Translations under genes and position numbers: made by a program | Shown: one piece after another, positions 31,207-41,131 of the stretch | How the letters are laid out: each line of letters begins with the position of its first letter | How positions within the stretch are numbered: the stretch's first letter is position 1 | Assembly: GCA_022843925.1 (NCBI GenBank) | Contig: JALHMS010000001.1 | Location: 144,294-208,293, forward strand | Direction: 5' to 3' | DNA: 64,000 nt | Origin: Burkholderiales bacterium | GTDB taxonomy: Bacteria > Pseudomonadota > Gammaproteobacteria > Burkholderiales > Ga0077523 | The notes under the pieces: generated by a model | Databases searched by the model: none | Seen by the model: the letters and a program-made list of their open reading frames with translations, nothing else | Told to the model about the DNA's origin: nothing

Positions 31207-31686
31207 ATGGCCCAGGAAGACCTTTCGCGCAACTTCGGTTTCATCCTGAACGACGTCGCGCGGCTCCTGCGCACGGCGTTCGACCGCCGCGTGCGCTCGC
31301 TGGGCTTCACCCGCTCCCAGTGGTGGGTGCTCAATCACCTGTACCGCAACGATGGCCTCAATCAGTCGGAACTCGCCGAGTTGCTCGAAGTGGAAAAGGC
31401 GACGCTCGGCCGTCTGCTCGACCGCATGGAACAGAAGGGCTGGATCCGCCGCGAGGCCGACGCCAATGATCGGCGGGTACGGCGCGTGTTCCTGACGGAC
31501 GAGGTCGGCCCCACCATGAAGGCCATGCGTGCCGCCGCCGCCGATCTCCGCCGCGAGGCCCTCGCCGGGCTGACACCGGAGGCCCAGGATCACTTCGTCG
31601 ACACGCTCATCGCCGTGAAGACCAACCTGACCCGCACCGCCCACGGTGCCACCGCCAGGACGCAACGGGGGCGGGAGCGCCGATGA
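31207..31686 (+). CDS. MarR family transcriptional regulator
   Basis: Winged-HTH region LTRSQWWVLNHLYRNDGLNQSELAELLEVEKATLGRLLDRMEQKGWIRR..DANDRR. Confidence 0.9.
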   Translation: MAQEDLSRNFGFILNDVARLLRTAFDRRVRSLGFTRSQWWVLNHLYRNDGLNQSELAELLEVEKATLGRLLDRMEQKGWIRREADANDRRVRRVFLTDEVGPTMKAMRAAAADLRREALAGLTPEAQDHFVDTLIAVKTNLTRTAHGATARTQRGRERR

Positions 31687-32804
31687 TCCGCCTGCCACGC
31701 CTGCGTCGGCCGTCCGCACGCGGCTTCTTCCGCCTGTTGCTGCTCGTGATCGTGCCGCTCGCCGCGATCGTGATCGCCACGCGCATGTACGCCGAGTCGG
31801 GCCGGATCGCCGAGACCGAGAACGCGTACGTGAAGGCCGAGATCATCGTGGTGAGCAGCGAGGTCGTCGGGCGCGTCGTGGAGGTGGGCGTGCGGGACAA
31901 CGAAGCCGTTGCGGCCGGTGCGCTGCTGTTTCGCGTGGACCCCGCCCCGTTCGAGATCGCCGTGGCGCGCGCCCGCGCACAGATGGACGTCATCCGGACC
32001 GACCATCAATCGCTGCGCGCGGAGTACCGCGCCGCACAGCGCGAGGGCGAGGAGGTCCAGGAACAGATCGCCTTCCTCTCGCGCCAGCTCGAGCGTCAGG
32101 AGAAGTTGCGCGAGACCGGCATGGCCCGGGGCGATGCGCTCGACGAGGCGCGCCACAACCTCGAGCTTGCGCGCCGCCGGCTCGTGAGCGTGCGCGAGCG
32201 TGCCACGCGCGTCGTCGCAGGCCTCGCCGGCAATCCCGACCTGCCCGTGGAACGCTTTCCGCGTTACGCGGAGGCGAAGGCCTCCCTCGACGCCGCGCTG
32301 GACGATCTCGCCCGCACCACGATCCGCGCCCCCGCGGGGGGCACGGTGAGCAACATGCGCCTGCAGCCGGGCGAGCACGTCGAGAAGGGGGCCCCGGTGT
32401 TCAGCCTGATCAGCGGCCAGCCCGCCTGGATCGAGGCGAACTACAAGGAGACGCAACTCACCCACATGCGGGTCGGCCAGCGGGCCACCGTGGCCGTCGA
32501 CGCATACCCGGACATCGAATGGCCCGCGGTGGTGGCCTCGATCGCCCCGACGACGGGCGCCGAGTTCGCCGTGCTCCCGCCGCAGAACGCGAGCGGCAAC
32601 TGGGTCAAGGTGGTGCAGCGCGTGCCGGTGCGGCTCGAGGTCGAACAGCCCGAGGGTCAGCCGAAGCTGCGGGCCGGCATGACCGTCACCGTGTCGGTGG
32701 ACACCGGCCGCAGCAACGGCCTGCCCCGCGTGGTGCGTCGACTGGTGGATCGCGGCTTGCTGCCGCGCTTCCTCGAACCCGCCACCGCCGTCGCGGAGCG
32801 CTGA
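31683..32804 (+). CDS. HlyD/EmrA-family membrane fusion protein
   Basis: N-terminal TM helix, coiled-coil region, the TIRAPAGGTVSNMRLQPGEHV lipoyl-like hairpin, and VLPPQNASGNWVKVVQRVPVRL (EmrA signature). ATGA overlap with marR. Confidence 0.9.
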   Translation: MIRLPRLRRPSARGFFRLLLLVIVPLAAIVIATRMYAESGRIAETENAYVKAEIIVVSSEVVGRVVEVGVRDNEAVAAGALLFRVDPAPFEIAVARARAQMDVIRTDHQSLRAEYRAAQREGEEVQEQIAFLSRQLERQEKLRETGMARGDALDEARHNLELARRRLVSVRERATRVVAGLAGNPDLPVERFPRYAEAKASLDAALDDLARTTIRAPAGGTVSNMRLQPGEHVEKGAPVFSLISGQPAWIEANYKETQLTHMRVGQRATVAVDAYPDIEWPAVVASIAPTTGAEFAVLPPQNASGNWVKVVQRVPVRLEVEQPEGQPKLRAGMTVTVSVDTGRSNGLPRVVRRLVDRGLLPRFLEPATAVAER

Positions 32805-32831
32805 CGGGCCGGGCCGGCCCGTCCGCCGCCG

Positions 32832-34367
32832 ATGTCGTCCGCCGCGCACCTGCTGCCCCGCCATCCGCGGCTCGTCACCATCTCGGTGATGCTCGCGTCG
32901 CTGCTGTATTCCATCGACTGGACCATCGCGGCCGTGGCGCTGCCCCACATGCAGGGCGCCTTCTCGGCAACCCACGACCAGATCGGCTGGGTGATCACTT
33001 CGTACATCGTGGCCTCCGCCATCGCGATCCCGACGGCCGGCTGGCTCTCGGTGCGCTACGGACGCAAGCGTCTCTTCGTGTGGGCGATGCTGGGCTTCAC
33101 GGTCGCCTCGATCTTCTGCGGCGCCTCGGAGACTCTGGCGATGGAAGTCGCGTCGCGCATCGTGCAGGGGATGTGCGGAGCGTTCCTGATCCCGCTCTCG
33201 CACGCGGTGATCCTCGACACGTATCCGCCCGCGGAGCACGGCAAGGCGATGGCGCTGTGGGGCGCAGGCTCCGTGTTCGGCTCCTTCCTCGGTCCGACGC
33301 TGGGCGGCTACCTCACCGAGTACATGAGCTGGCACTACATCTTCTACATCAACGTGCCGTTCGGCCTGCTGGCGGCGGCGGGCATCGCGTCGTTCGTGCC
33401 GGAGACGCCCCGCGATCCGCACCGCCCCTTCGACGTGCTCGGCTTCGTGTCGCTCGGGATCGCCATCGGCTCGTTCCAGCTCATGCTCGACCGGGGTGGC
33501 AGCCTCGACTGGTTCGAGTCGCAGGAAATCGTGATCGAGGCCTGCCTCGTGGTTTCGGGCCTCTACGTCTTCATCACGCACAGCCTGACGACGGACCACC
33601 CGTTCCTGCACCTCGCCCTCTTCACCCAGCGCAACTTCGTGCTCGGCCTGGGGTTCGTGTTCATGTACGGCCTGCTCACCGTGCCGCCGCTCGTGCTGAT
33701 GCCGACGTTCCTGCAGGAGATCCGCGGCTATCCGATCGACACGATCGGCCTGCTGCAGGCACCGCGCGGGGCGGGCATGCTGGCCGCGATGATCGTGGGA
33801 GGCAGGATCACGGGTCGGATCGATCCGCGCCCCCTGATCGCGCTGGGTCTCCTGTGCATCGCCGGGTCGGCGGCGGAGATGTCGACGTGGAACGCCGACG
33901 TGGGCGTCTGGCCGCTCGTGTGGACCAACTTCGTGCAGGGCGTGGGGGGCGGGATCATCCTCGTGCCGATCCAGGTGATCGCGTTCCCGGGCATCGCCCC
34001 GACGCTGCGCACGGAGGCGGCCGCGACCTACAACCTGATCCGCAGCATCGGCGCGAGCATCGGCGTATCCGCCGCGCTCACGCTGTTCGTCCGTGGCGGC
34101 ACGACGGAGCGCTCACGGCTCGCGGAGCACCTCACGCCCTACAGCGAGGCGCTGAACCACGCCGGCGATTCCATGACGCGCCATCTCGATTCGCTCCATG
34201 GGCTCGCGGTGCTCGACCACGAACTGGATCTCCAGGCCGCGATGATGGCGTACGTGGCCGACTTCCGGCTGCTGGCATTCGCGGCGCTCGCCGGACTTCC
34301 GCTGCTGCTGCTGGTGCGGAAGCCGGCACCGCCCAGCCTCGAGGACACCGTCGCCGCGGCGGAGTAG
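32832..34367 (+). CDS. DHA2 (EmrB/QacA) family MFS efflux permease, 14-TM type
   Basis: The 511-aa product has the MFS motif GWLSVRYGRKRLF and the EmrB-like QGMCGAFLIPLS. Confidence 0.9.
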   Translation: MSSAAHLLPRHPRLVTISVMLASLLYSIDWTIAAVALPHMQGAFSATHDQIGWVITSYIVASAIAIPTAGWLSVRYGRKRLFVWAMLGFTVASIFCGASETLAMEVASRIVQGMCGAFLIPLSHAVILDTYPPAEHGKAMALWGAGSVFGSFLGPTLGGYLTEYMSWHYIFYINVPFGLLAAAGIASFVPETPRDPHRPFDVLGFVSLGIAIGSFQLMLDRGGSLDWFESQEIVIEACLVVSGLYVFITHSLTTDHPFLHLALFTQRNFVLGLGFVFMYGLLTVPPLVLMPTFLQEIRGYPIDTIGLLQAPRGAGMLAAMIVGGRITGRIDPRPLIALGLLCIAGSAAEMSTWNADVGVWPLVWTNFVQGVGGGIILVPIQVIAFPGIAPTLRTEAAATYNLIRSIGASIGVSAALTLFVRGGTTERSRLAEHLTPYSEALNHAGDSMTRHLDSLHGLAVLDHELDLQAAMMAYVADFRLLAFAALAGLPLLLLVRKPAPPSLEDTVAAAE

Positions 34368-34378
34368 CCGCAGGCACG

Positions 34379-35575
34379 CTATCTGGGCAGCGACGTCGGC
34401 CGCTTCGATTCGACGAGGAAGTCGAGCGCGGCGCGGACGCCCTCGCGCACGATGGGCACGCCCGCGAGCGCGAGCCCCATCTCGACACCCGACAACGTGC
34501 CGGCCAGCGTGAGGTCGTTGAAGTCGCCGAGGTGGCCGATGCGGAACACCCGGCCCGAGAGCCGGCCGAGGCCGGTGCCGAGCGACAGGTCGAAGTGGTC
34601 GAGGATGAGCGCGCGCACGCGATCCGCGTCGTGGCCCTCGGGCAGCACCACCGCCGTGAGCGAGTCGCTGAACTCCCGCGGATCGGCGCACAGCACCTCG
34701 AGACCCCAGCCCCGCACCGCGCGCCGGGTGGCCTCGCCGTGGCGCGCGTGACGCGCGAACACGTTGTCGAGGCCCTCGTCCATGAGCATCACGATCGCCT
34801 CGTGGAGGCCGTAGAGCAGATTGGTGGCGGGCGTGTACGGGAACCAGCCGGCTCGGTTCGGTTCGAGCATCGCGTCCCACGCCCAGTACGCGCGCGGCAG
34901 CGTGGCGGTCTTCGACGCCACGAGCGCCTTCTGACTCATCGCGTTGAACGAGAGGCCCGGCGGCAGCATGAGGCCCTTCTGCGAACCGGCGACGGTGACG
35001 TCGACACCCCAGTCGTCGTGGCGGTACGGGATCGAGCCGAGCGACGAGATGGTGTCGACCATGAGCAGCGCCGGATGGCCCGTGCGATCGATGGCCGCCC
35101 GCACGTCGGGTATGCGGCTCACGACACCGGTCGACGTCTCGTTGTGCACGACGCACACCGCGCGGATCTCGCGCTTCGTGTCCTCGGCGAGGCGCGCCTC
35201 GATGGCGGCCGGATCGGCGCCGTGGCGCCAGTCGCCGGGCAGGAACTCGGTGCGCAATCCGAGCTTCTCCGCGAGGCCGCGCCACAACGACGCGAAATGC
35301 CCGGTCTCGCACATGAGCACGAGATCGCCGGACGACAGCGTGTTCACCAGCGCGGCCTCCCATGCACCCGTGCCGGAGGCGGGATAGATGACGACCGGAT
35401 GGTGCGTGCCGAAGATCGGCTTCAGGCCGTCGAGCACCGCACGCGCCAGGCGGTTGAAGTCGGGGCCGCGATGGTCGATCGTCGGGCGGTCCATCGCGCG
35501 GAGCACGCGGTCCGGCACGTTCGTGGGACCGGGGATCTGGAGGAAATGGCGGCCGGCGCGGTGACTCATGGACAT
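34379..35575 (-). CDS. Class V aminotransferase (serine-glyoxylate / alanine-glyoxylate aminotransferase type)
   Basis: FLQIPGPTNVPDRVLRAM, and AGSQKGLMLPPGLSF (PLP lysine). The start could be either of two ATGs (35575 or 35569). Confidence 0.9.
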   Translation of the reverse strand: MSMSHRAGRHFLQIPGPTNVPDRVLRAMDRPTIDHRGPDFNRLARAVLDGLKPIFGTHHPVVIYPASGTGAWEAALVNTLSSGDLVLMCETGHFASLWRGLAEKLGLRTEFLPGDWRHGADPAAIEARLAEDTKREIRAVCVVHNETSTGVVSRIPDVRAAIDRTGHPALLMVDTISSLGSIPYRHDDWGVDVTVAGSQKGLMLPPGLSFNAMSQKALVASKTATLPRAYWAWDAMLEPNRAGWFPYTPATNLLYGLHEAIVMLMDEGLDNVFARHARHGEATRRAVRGWGLEVLCADPREFSDSLTAVVLPEGHDADRVRALILDHFDLSLGTGLGRLSGRVFRIGHLGDFNDLTLAGTLSGVEMGLALAGVPIVREGVRAALDFLVESKRPTSLPR

Positions 35576-35699
35576 GAACCTGGAGGACGACGAAGCACGG
35601 ATCGTAGTCTCCGGCCGAGCGGCACCGCAAGGCAACCTCCGCATGGCACGCCGAGTCGCGACGGCGCAGAATCCGGGGTCCGTCCCCGTTGCCCCGCCC

Positions 35700-38630
35700 A
35701 TGTCCGCCACCGCCATTCCGCATGCCGTCGCCCGTCGTCTCGCCCGCGAGATCCGGGGCGACGTGCTCCTCGACCCCGCGAGCCGCGGCCGCTACGCGAC
35801 GGACGCTTCGATCTACCAGATCCTGCCGCTCGGCGTCGTGGTGCCGCATTCCGAGGACGATGTCGCGACGGCCATCGCCATTGCCGCCGAAGCCGGGATG
35901 CCGGTGCTGCCGCGCGGTGGCGGCACGTCGCAATGCGGACAGACCGTCGGTGCCGCCCTCGTCATCGACACGTCGCGCCATCTCAATCGAATCGTCGAGG
36001 TCGATGCGGAGGCGCGGACCGCGTGGGTGGAACCCGGCGTCGTGCTCGATCACCTGAATGCGCATCTGCGGCCGGCCGGACTCTGGTACCCGGTGGACGT
36101 CTCCACCAGCGCGCAGGCGACGCTGGGCGGCATGGCCGGCAACAACTCGTGCGGCGCCCGTTCGATCCGCCACGGCAACATGGTGCACAACGTCCTCGGG
36201 ATCGAGGCGTGGCTCGCGGACGGCGAGCGGTGCACGTTCGGGCCGTCGTCCGAGGTCGCAGCCGGTCCTGCGCGGTATCGCGCACTGGTGGCTCGCATCC
36301 ATGCCATCGCGACGCGCGAGCGGGACGAGATCGAGGCGCGGTGGCCGAAGGTGCTGCGACGCGTCCAGGGCTACAACCTCGACATGGTGCAGCCGCTGGC
36401 GCCGCACAACCTCGCGCATCTGCTGGTGGGCTCGGAGGGCACGCTCGCGTGGTTCCGACGCCTCAAGCTCGCGCTGAAGCCCCTGCCAGCGCACAAGGTG
36501 CTGGGTGTCGCGCACTTCCCGTCGTTCTACGATGCGATGGCGACCACGCAGGAGATCGTGAAGCTCGATCCGGAGGCGGTGGAACTCGTCGACCGCACGA
36601 TGATCGGGCTCGCGCGTGGCCACGAGGAGTTCCGGCCCGTGGTGGAGAAATTCTTCCTCGGCCGGCCGGACGCCATACTTCTGGTGGAGTTCGCCGGCGA
36701 GGAGAAGGCAGCGCAGGTCGCGAAGCTCGACCGGCTGGTGGAGCTGCTGGCCGATCGGGGTCTGCCCGACGCCGTGGTGAAAGTGACCGACGCCCGGCAA
36801 CAGCGCGACATCTGGGAGGTCCGCAAGGCCGGGCTGAACATCATGATGTCAATGAAGGGCGACGGGAAGCCGGTGTCGTTCATCGAGGACTGCGCTGTGC
36901 CGCTCGAGCACCTCGCGGAGTACACGCGCCGGATCGACGAGGTGTTCGCGAGGCACGGCACGCGCGGCACGTGGTACGCCCACGCCTCGGTGGGCACGCT
37001 GCACGTGCGGCCCGTCCTCGACATGAAGACCGACGGCGCCGTGAAGATGCGCGCCATCGCCGAGGAGGCCTGCGCGCTCGTGCGCGAGTACAAGGGCGCG
37101 TTCTCCGGCGAGCACGGCGACGGCCTGGTGCGATCGGAGTGGATCGAGCCGATCCTCGGCGCACGCCTCACCGCGGCGCTCGCCGAGGTGAAGGCGGTGC
37201 TCGATCCGCAGGGACTCTTCAACCCGGGGAAGATCGTGCGCCCCTCGCGCATGGACGACCGCACGCTCTTCCGGTTCGCGCCCGGATACCGGCGACTGCC
37301 CGTCGAGACGGCGTACGACTGGTCGGCGTGGGGTGGGCTGGGCGGTGCGGTCGAGATGTGCAACAACAACGGCCACTGCCGCAAGTTCGACACGGGGACG
37401 ATGTGCCCGTCGTATCGCGCGACCCGCGATGAGCAACACCTGACCCGCGGCCGCGCGAACACGCTGCGGCTCGCGCTCTCCGGGCAACTCGGCCCGGACG
37501 GCATCCGGTCCGACGCCGTGAAGGACGCGATGGACCTCTGCGTGAGTTGCAAGGGCTGCCGGCGCGAGTGCCCGACCGGCGTCGACATGGCGCGGATGAA
37601 GCTCGAATGGCTGCACCAGGCGGCGAAGGGGCGCTCGCCCACGCTGCGCGAACGACTCGTCGGCCGCCTGCCCGACTACGCGCCGACCCTCGCGAAAATG
37701 CCGTGGCTCGCGAACCTCCGCGACGACGTGCCCGGCCTCGCCGGTCTGACGGAACGCCTGACCGGACTCTCGGCGAAGCGCGCTCTGCCGCGATGGCGGT
37801 CGGATGCCTTCCTCGATGGCGAAGTCCCCGCGCTCACGGCCACGCCCGCGGCGAACACCGTCGTGCTCTTCGCCGACACCTTCGACCGCTACTTCGAACC
37901 GGAGAACCTGCGCGCCGCAGTGAAGGTGCTCTGTGCGCTGGGCCACGATGTGCGCACGGCCCGGCCTCGCGGCGATGACCGGCCGCTATGCTGCGGTCGC
38001 ACCCACCTCGCGACCGGGGACGTCGCACGGGCACGGACCGAGGCGCACCGGCTGCTCGACGCCCTCGCACCGGCGCTCGCGGCCGGCTGCCCCGTCGTCG
38101 GGCTGGAGCCTTCCTGCCTCTTCACCTTGAAGGACGAATACCTGGCGCTCGGGCTCGGTCCGGCGGCGGAGAGACTGGCCGCGCAGGCCATGCTGCTGGA
38201 GGACGTCGTCGCCCGGTCGCCGGAGGCTGCGGCGCGGGCCTTCGGACCCCTTGCCAAGCGCGTGCTGCTGCATGGACACTGCCATCAGAAGGCCTTCGGG
38301 GCGATGCCCTCGGTGACACGGGCGCTGTCGCTGGTCCCGGCGCTCGAAGTCACCGAAGTCGTCTCGAGCTGTTGCGGGATGGCGGGGAGCTTCGGCTACG
38401 AGGCCGAGCACCGCGAGATCTCGCTGCGGATGGCGGAGGCGTCGCTGCTGCCGGCCGTGCGGGAGGCCGCAGAGGACACCCTGATCGTGGCCGACGGCAC
38501 GAGCTGCCGCCACCAGATCGCCGACGGCACCGGGCGCGGTGCGATGCATGTGGCCCGGGTGCTCGAGATGGCGCTCGCCGGGAACGGTGGTCAGGCGCCC
38601 GGCCGGACGACGTTGAGAGGATCGACATGA
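35700..38630 (+). CDS. FAD-binding plus Fe-S cluster oxidoreductase, YdiJ-like (GlcD-type FAD domain fused to GlcF-type CCG/4Fe-4S domain)
   Basis: About 976 aa. The N-terminal FAD-PCMH domain has PRGGGTSQCGQ and the middle section has FSGEHGDG. The C-terminal part has Cys clusters (CNNNGHCRKFDTGTMCPSY, CVSCKGCRRECP) and CCG-like motifs (CCGMAGSFG). Confidence 0.85.
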   Translation: MSATAIPHAVARRLAREIRGDVLLDPASRGRYATDASIYQILPLGVVVPHSEDDVATAIAIAAEAGMPVLPRGGGTSQCGQTVGAALVIDTSRHLNRIVEVDAEARTAWVEPGVVLDHLNAHLRPAGLWYPVDVSTSAQATLGGMAGNNSCGARSIRHGNMVHNVLGIEAWLADGERCTFGPSSEVAAGPARYRALVARIHAIATRERDEIEARWPKVLRRVQGYNLDMVQPLAPHNLAHLLVGSEGTLAWFRRLKLALKPLPAHKVLGVAHFPSFYDAMATTQEIVKLDPEAVELVDRTMIGLARGHEEFRPVVEKFFLGRPDAILLVEFAGEEKAAQVAKLDRLVELLADRGLPDAVVKVTDARQQRDIWEVRKAGLNIMMSMKGDGKPVSFIEDCAVPLEHLAEYTRRIDEVFARHGTRGTWYAHASVGTLHVRPVLDMKTDGAVKMRAIAEEACALVREYKGAFSGEHGDGLVRSEWIEPILGARLTAALAEVKAVLDPQGLFNPGKIVRPSRMDDRTLFRFAPGYRRLPVETAYDWSAWGGLGGAVEMCNNNGHCRKFDTGTMCPSYRATRDEQHLTRGRANTLRLALSGQLGPDGIRSDAVKDAMDLCVSCKGCRRECPTGVDMARMKLEWLHQAAKGRSPTLRERLVGRLPDYAPTLAKMPWLANLRDDVPGLAGLTERLTGLSAKRALPRWRSDAFLDGEVPALTATPAANTVVLFADTFDRYFEPENLRAAVKVLCALGHDVRTARPRGDDRPLCCGRTHLATGDVARARTEAHRLLDALAPALAAGCPVVGLEPSCLFTLKDEYLALGLGPAAERLAAQAMLLEDVVARSPEAAARAFGPLAKRVLLHGHCHQKAFGAMPSVTRALSLVPALEVTEVVSSCCGMAGSFGYEAEHREISLRMAEASLLPAVREAAEDTLIVADGTSCRHQIADGTGRGAMHVARVLEMALAGNGGQAPGRTTLRGST

Positions 38631-39097
38631 GCGGAACGACGGAATCGCAATGGAAGTTTCACGGCGTGCGTGTCGTGAAGAGCAGTGAACTGGACACCAA
38701 CACCGCGCAGACCCCGGGGATGAACCGTGCGGCGGCGATCACGCATGCGAGGTGCGGCGCCGAGAAGCTGTGGGCCGGCACCGTGGTCATCCATCCGAAG
38801 GCCAAGACGGGCGCGCATCACCATGGCCCGGTGGAGAGCGTGATCTACGTCGTGAGCGGCCGGGCCCGCATGCGCTGGGGCGACAACCTCGAGTTCACCG
38901 CCGAGGCCGGCCCGGGCGATTTCATCCACGTGCCGCCGTTCGTACCGCACCAGGAGATCAACGCGTCGGACACCGAGCCGCTGTCGTGCGTACTCTGCCG
39001 CAGCGGTCAGGACCCCGTCGTCGTGAACCTCGACATCCCGCCCGCCGAGACCCCCGAGACCGTGCATTGGGTGGACGACATCCATCCGGCTCCCTGA
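38627..39097 (+). CDS. Cupin domain protein
   Basis: GAHHHGPVESVIYVVSG...GDFIHVPPFVPHQEIN (cupin motifs 1 and 2). ATGA overlap with the upstream oxidoreductase gene. Confidence 0.75.
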   Translation: MSGTTESQWKFHGVRVVKSSELDTNTAQTPGMNRAAAITHARCGAEKLWAGTVVIHPKAKTGAHHHGPVESVIYVVSGRARMRWGDNLEFTAEAGPGDFIHVPPFVPHQEINASDTEPLSCVLCRSGQDPVVVNLDIPPAETPETVHWVDDIHPAP

Positions 39098-39225
39098 GCG
39101 GAGCGGTGCCGCGCCCCTTGGTGCATCCTCCGCCACCGCCGCCGGAAGTCCTGCACGACGCGCGCCTGGACCACGAGTTGTTCGGCTCGGTGGCCCTGGC
39201 AGAGGTCCGCTATCGCCGCGCTGCC

Positions 39226-40362
39226 ATGTACCTGCGCGTCCTGGCTGCCGTGGTGATCCTGAACGGGATCCTCTGGCTGCCGGTCTCGATGGTGCTCGGA
39301 GCGACGGTTCTGGCGGTCGCCGACGTCGCACTGGTGGTCACCGGCCTCACCGTGCTGTGGCTTGTCCACGAGAAGCGCGTCACCCTCGCGCGCGTGTTGC
39401 TCGGCGCGGCGGCTTTGTCCGAGGTGACGCTCTTCGTGGCCGTCGCCTACGGGCACCCGGAAGCCGAGGTGCGCCTGGCGAACCTCTGGTTCGTCGCGAT
39501 CGCAGTGGCTTCGTACTTCCTCTTCTACGACGTGCGGGCGCTGTACCGGGATCTCTACGCGATCCTCGCCTTCGCGATGTTCGTGCTGTACGCGGCGGGG
39601 CTCGGACCCGCCATTCCGCTGGTGACCCTGACGGCGGACGTGAGCGACACCATCGATACCCTGGTCGCCGTGTCCTTCGCCGTCTCGCTCTTCGCGATGA
39701 TGCGGCTCTTCGTCTTCGAGCTGTCGGATGCGGAGCGGCGCCTGGGTCTCGCGCACGGGCGGCTGGAACAGATCCTCGAGAACATGCTGCCGAAGCCCGT
39801 GGCCGACCGGCTGCGGGACGAAGGTCGTGCCTTCGCCGACCCGGTGGCGGACTGTTCCGTGCTGTTCGCGGATCTCGTCGGCTTCACGGAACTCTCGCGG
39901 CGCCTCCCTGCGGACGACGTCGTGAGGCTGCTGAACCAGATCTTCTCGCGCTTCGACGACCTCACCGAGGCCTCGGGACTCACGAAGATCAAGACGATCG
40001 GGGACGGCTACATGGTCGCGGGTGGGGTGCTCTCGCCCCGCGCGGATCACGCCACGGCCCTCGCCTCGCTGGCCCTTGCCATGCAGGACGAGATGGCGGC
40101 GTTCGAGGGCCTCGCGCTGCGCGTGGGCATCAACTCCGGCCCGGTGATCGCCGGCGTCATCGGCAAGCGCGGGCTCGTCTACGACCTGTGGGGCGACACC
40201 GTGAACGTCGCCGCACGCATGGCCTCGGGCGGCATCGCCGGGGGTGTGCAGGTCACCGCCGCGACCCGCGAAAGGCTGGGGGAGCGCTTCAAGGCGGAGT
40301 ATCGCGGCGAGGTCGAGGTGAAGGGCCGCGGTACGATGCCCACGTATCTGCTCACGGTTTAG
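39226..40362 (+). CDS. Membrane-bound class III adenylate/guanylate cyclase
   Basis: About 5-6 N-terminal TM helices, then the CYCc domain: VLFADLVGFT, KTIGDGYMVAGG, RVGINSGPVIAGVIG, YDLWGDTVNVAARM. An in-frame GTG at 39121 is an alternative start. Confidence 0.85.
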   Translation: MYLRVLAAVVILNGILWLPVSMVLGATVLAVADVALVVTGLTVLWLVHEKRVTLARVLLGAAALSEVTLFVAVAYGHPEAEVRLANLWFVAIAVASYFLFYDVRALYRDLYAILAFAMFVLYAAGLGPAIPLVTLTADVSDTIDTLVAVSFAVSLFAMMRLFVFELSDAERRLGLAHGRLEQILENMLPKPVADRLRDEGRAFADPVADCSVLFADLVGFTELSRRLPADDVVRLLNQIFSRFDDLTEASGLTKIKTIGDGYMVAGGVLSPRADHATALASLALAMQDEMAAFEGLALRVGINSGPVIAGVIGKRGLVYDLWGDTVNVAARMASGGIAGGVQVTAATRERLGERFKAEYRGEVEVKGRGTMPTYLLTV

Positions 40363-40441
40363 CCGGATCTCGATGCCCGGCGTCCCACCGCCACTGCGAA
40401 TCCCCACCCCGCATCCACCCCTGCACCAAGAGAGTTCGACG

Positions 40442-41131
40442 ATGCCCACCGATATGCACCCGCCTGTCGCCGCCTACGTGTTCGACGCCTACGGAACACT
40501 GCTCGACGTCCACTCCGCGACGGCCCGCCACACCGCTCGGCTGGGTGGCGAGGCCGCGGCGTTCTCGCAGACCTGGCGGACGAAGCAGCTCGAATACTCC
40601 TGGGTGTCGTCGCTCATGCAGCGGTATCGGGACTTCTGGTCGCTCACGGAGGACGCCCTCGACTTCGCGATGGCACGGCACGGGATCGCCGACCGGGCGC
40701 TGCGCGCCGACCTGCTCTCGGCGTACGAGAGGCTGGACGCGTATCCGGAGGTCCACGCCACGCTGGTCGCTCTTCGCGCCGGAGGGATGCGTACCGCCAT
40801 CCTCTCGAACGGCAGTCCTGCGATGCTCGATAGCGCCGTGCGCGCGGCGGGCCTCGCGGACCTTCTCGACGCCACGATCTCCGTCGATCCGCTGCGGGTG
40901 TTCAAACCCGACCCCCGCGTCTATGCGTTGGTCGGCCGGCAGCTCGGCGTCGCAGACGACGCGGTGAGCTTCCAGTCGTCGAACGCCTGGGATATCGCGG
41001 GAGCGGACGCCTTCGGGTTTCGCACGGTCTGGGTGAACCGCACCCAGCAACCGCCCGAGTACCCGGCCGCCGCGCGGGCGCGGGTGGTCGCCGATCTCCG
41101 AGCCCTCGTCGACGGGGCCGGCATTCGATGA
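40442..41131 (+). CDS. Haloacid dehalogenase, type II (L-2-haloacid dehalogenase)
   Basis: YVFDAYGTLLDV (nucleophilic Asp), W..KQLEYSW, ILSNGS, FKPDPRVY, SSNAWD. These are the type II HAD motifs. Confidence 0.85.
   Translation: MPTDMHPPVAAYVFDAYGTLLDVHSATARHTARLGGEAAAFSQTWRTKQLEYSWVSSLMQRYRDFWSLTEDALDFAMARHGIADRALRADLLSAYERLDAYPEVHATLVALRAGGMRTAILSNGSPAMLDSAVRAAGLADLLDATISVDPLRVFKPDPRVYALVGRQLGVADDAVSFQSSNAWDIAGADAFGFRTVWVNRTQQPPEYPAAARARVVADLRALVDGAGIR

Noticed and set aside
31646-37432. A 1928-aa ORF on the plus strand. Similar giant ORFs occur at 3555..6401+, 3595..6249-, 44616..47336+, 58651..61110+ and 25746..27524-.
   Set aside because: Their translations are low-complexity and rich in Arg/Ala/Gly/Pro. 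They run antisense or out of frame to genes with clear conserved motifs (emrAB, agxt, ydiJ-like, glgP, GH57, ahcY). This is the typical stop-codon-poor artefact of high-GC DNA.
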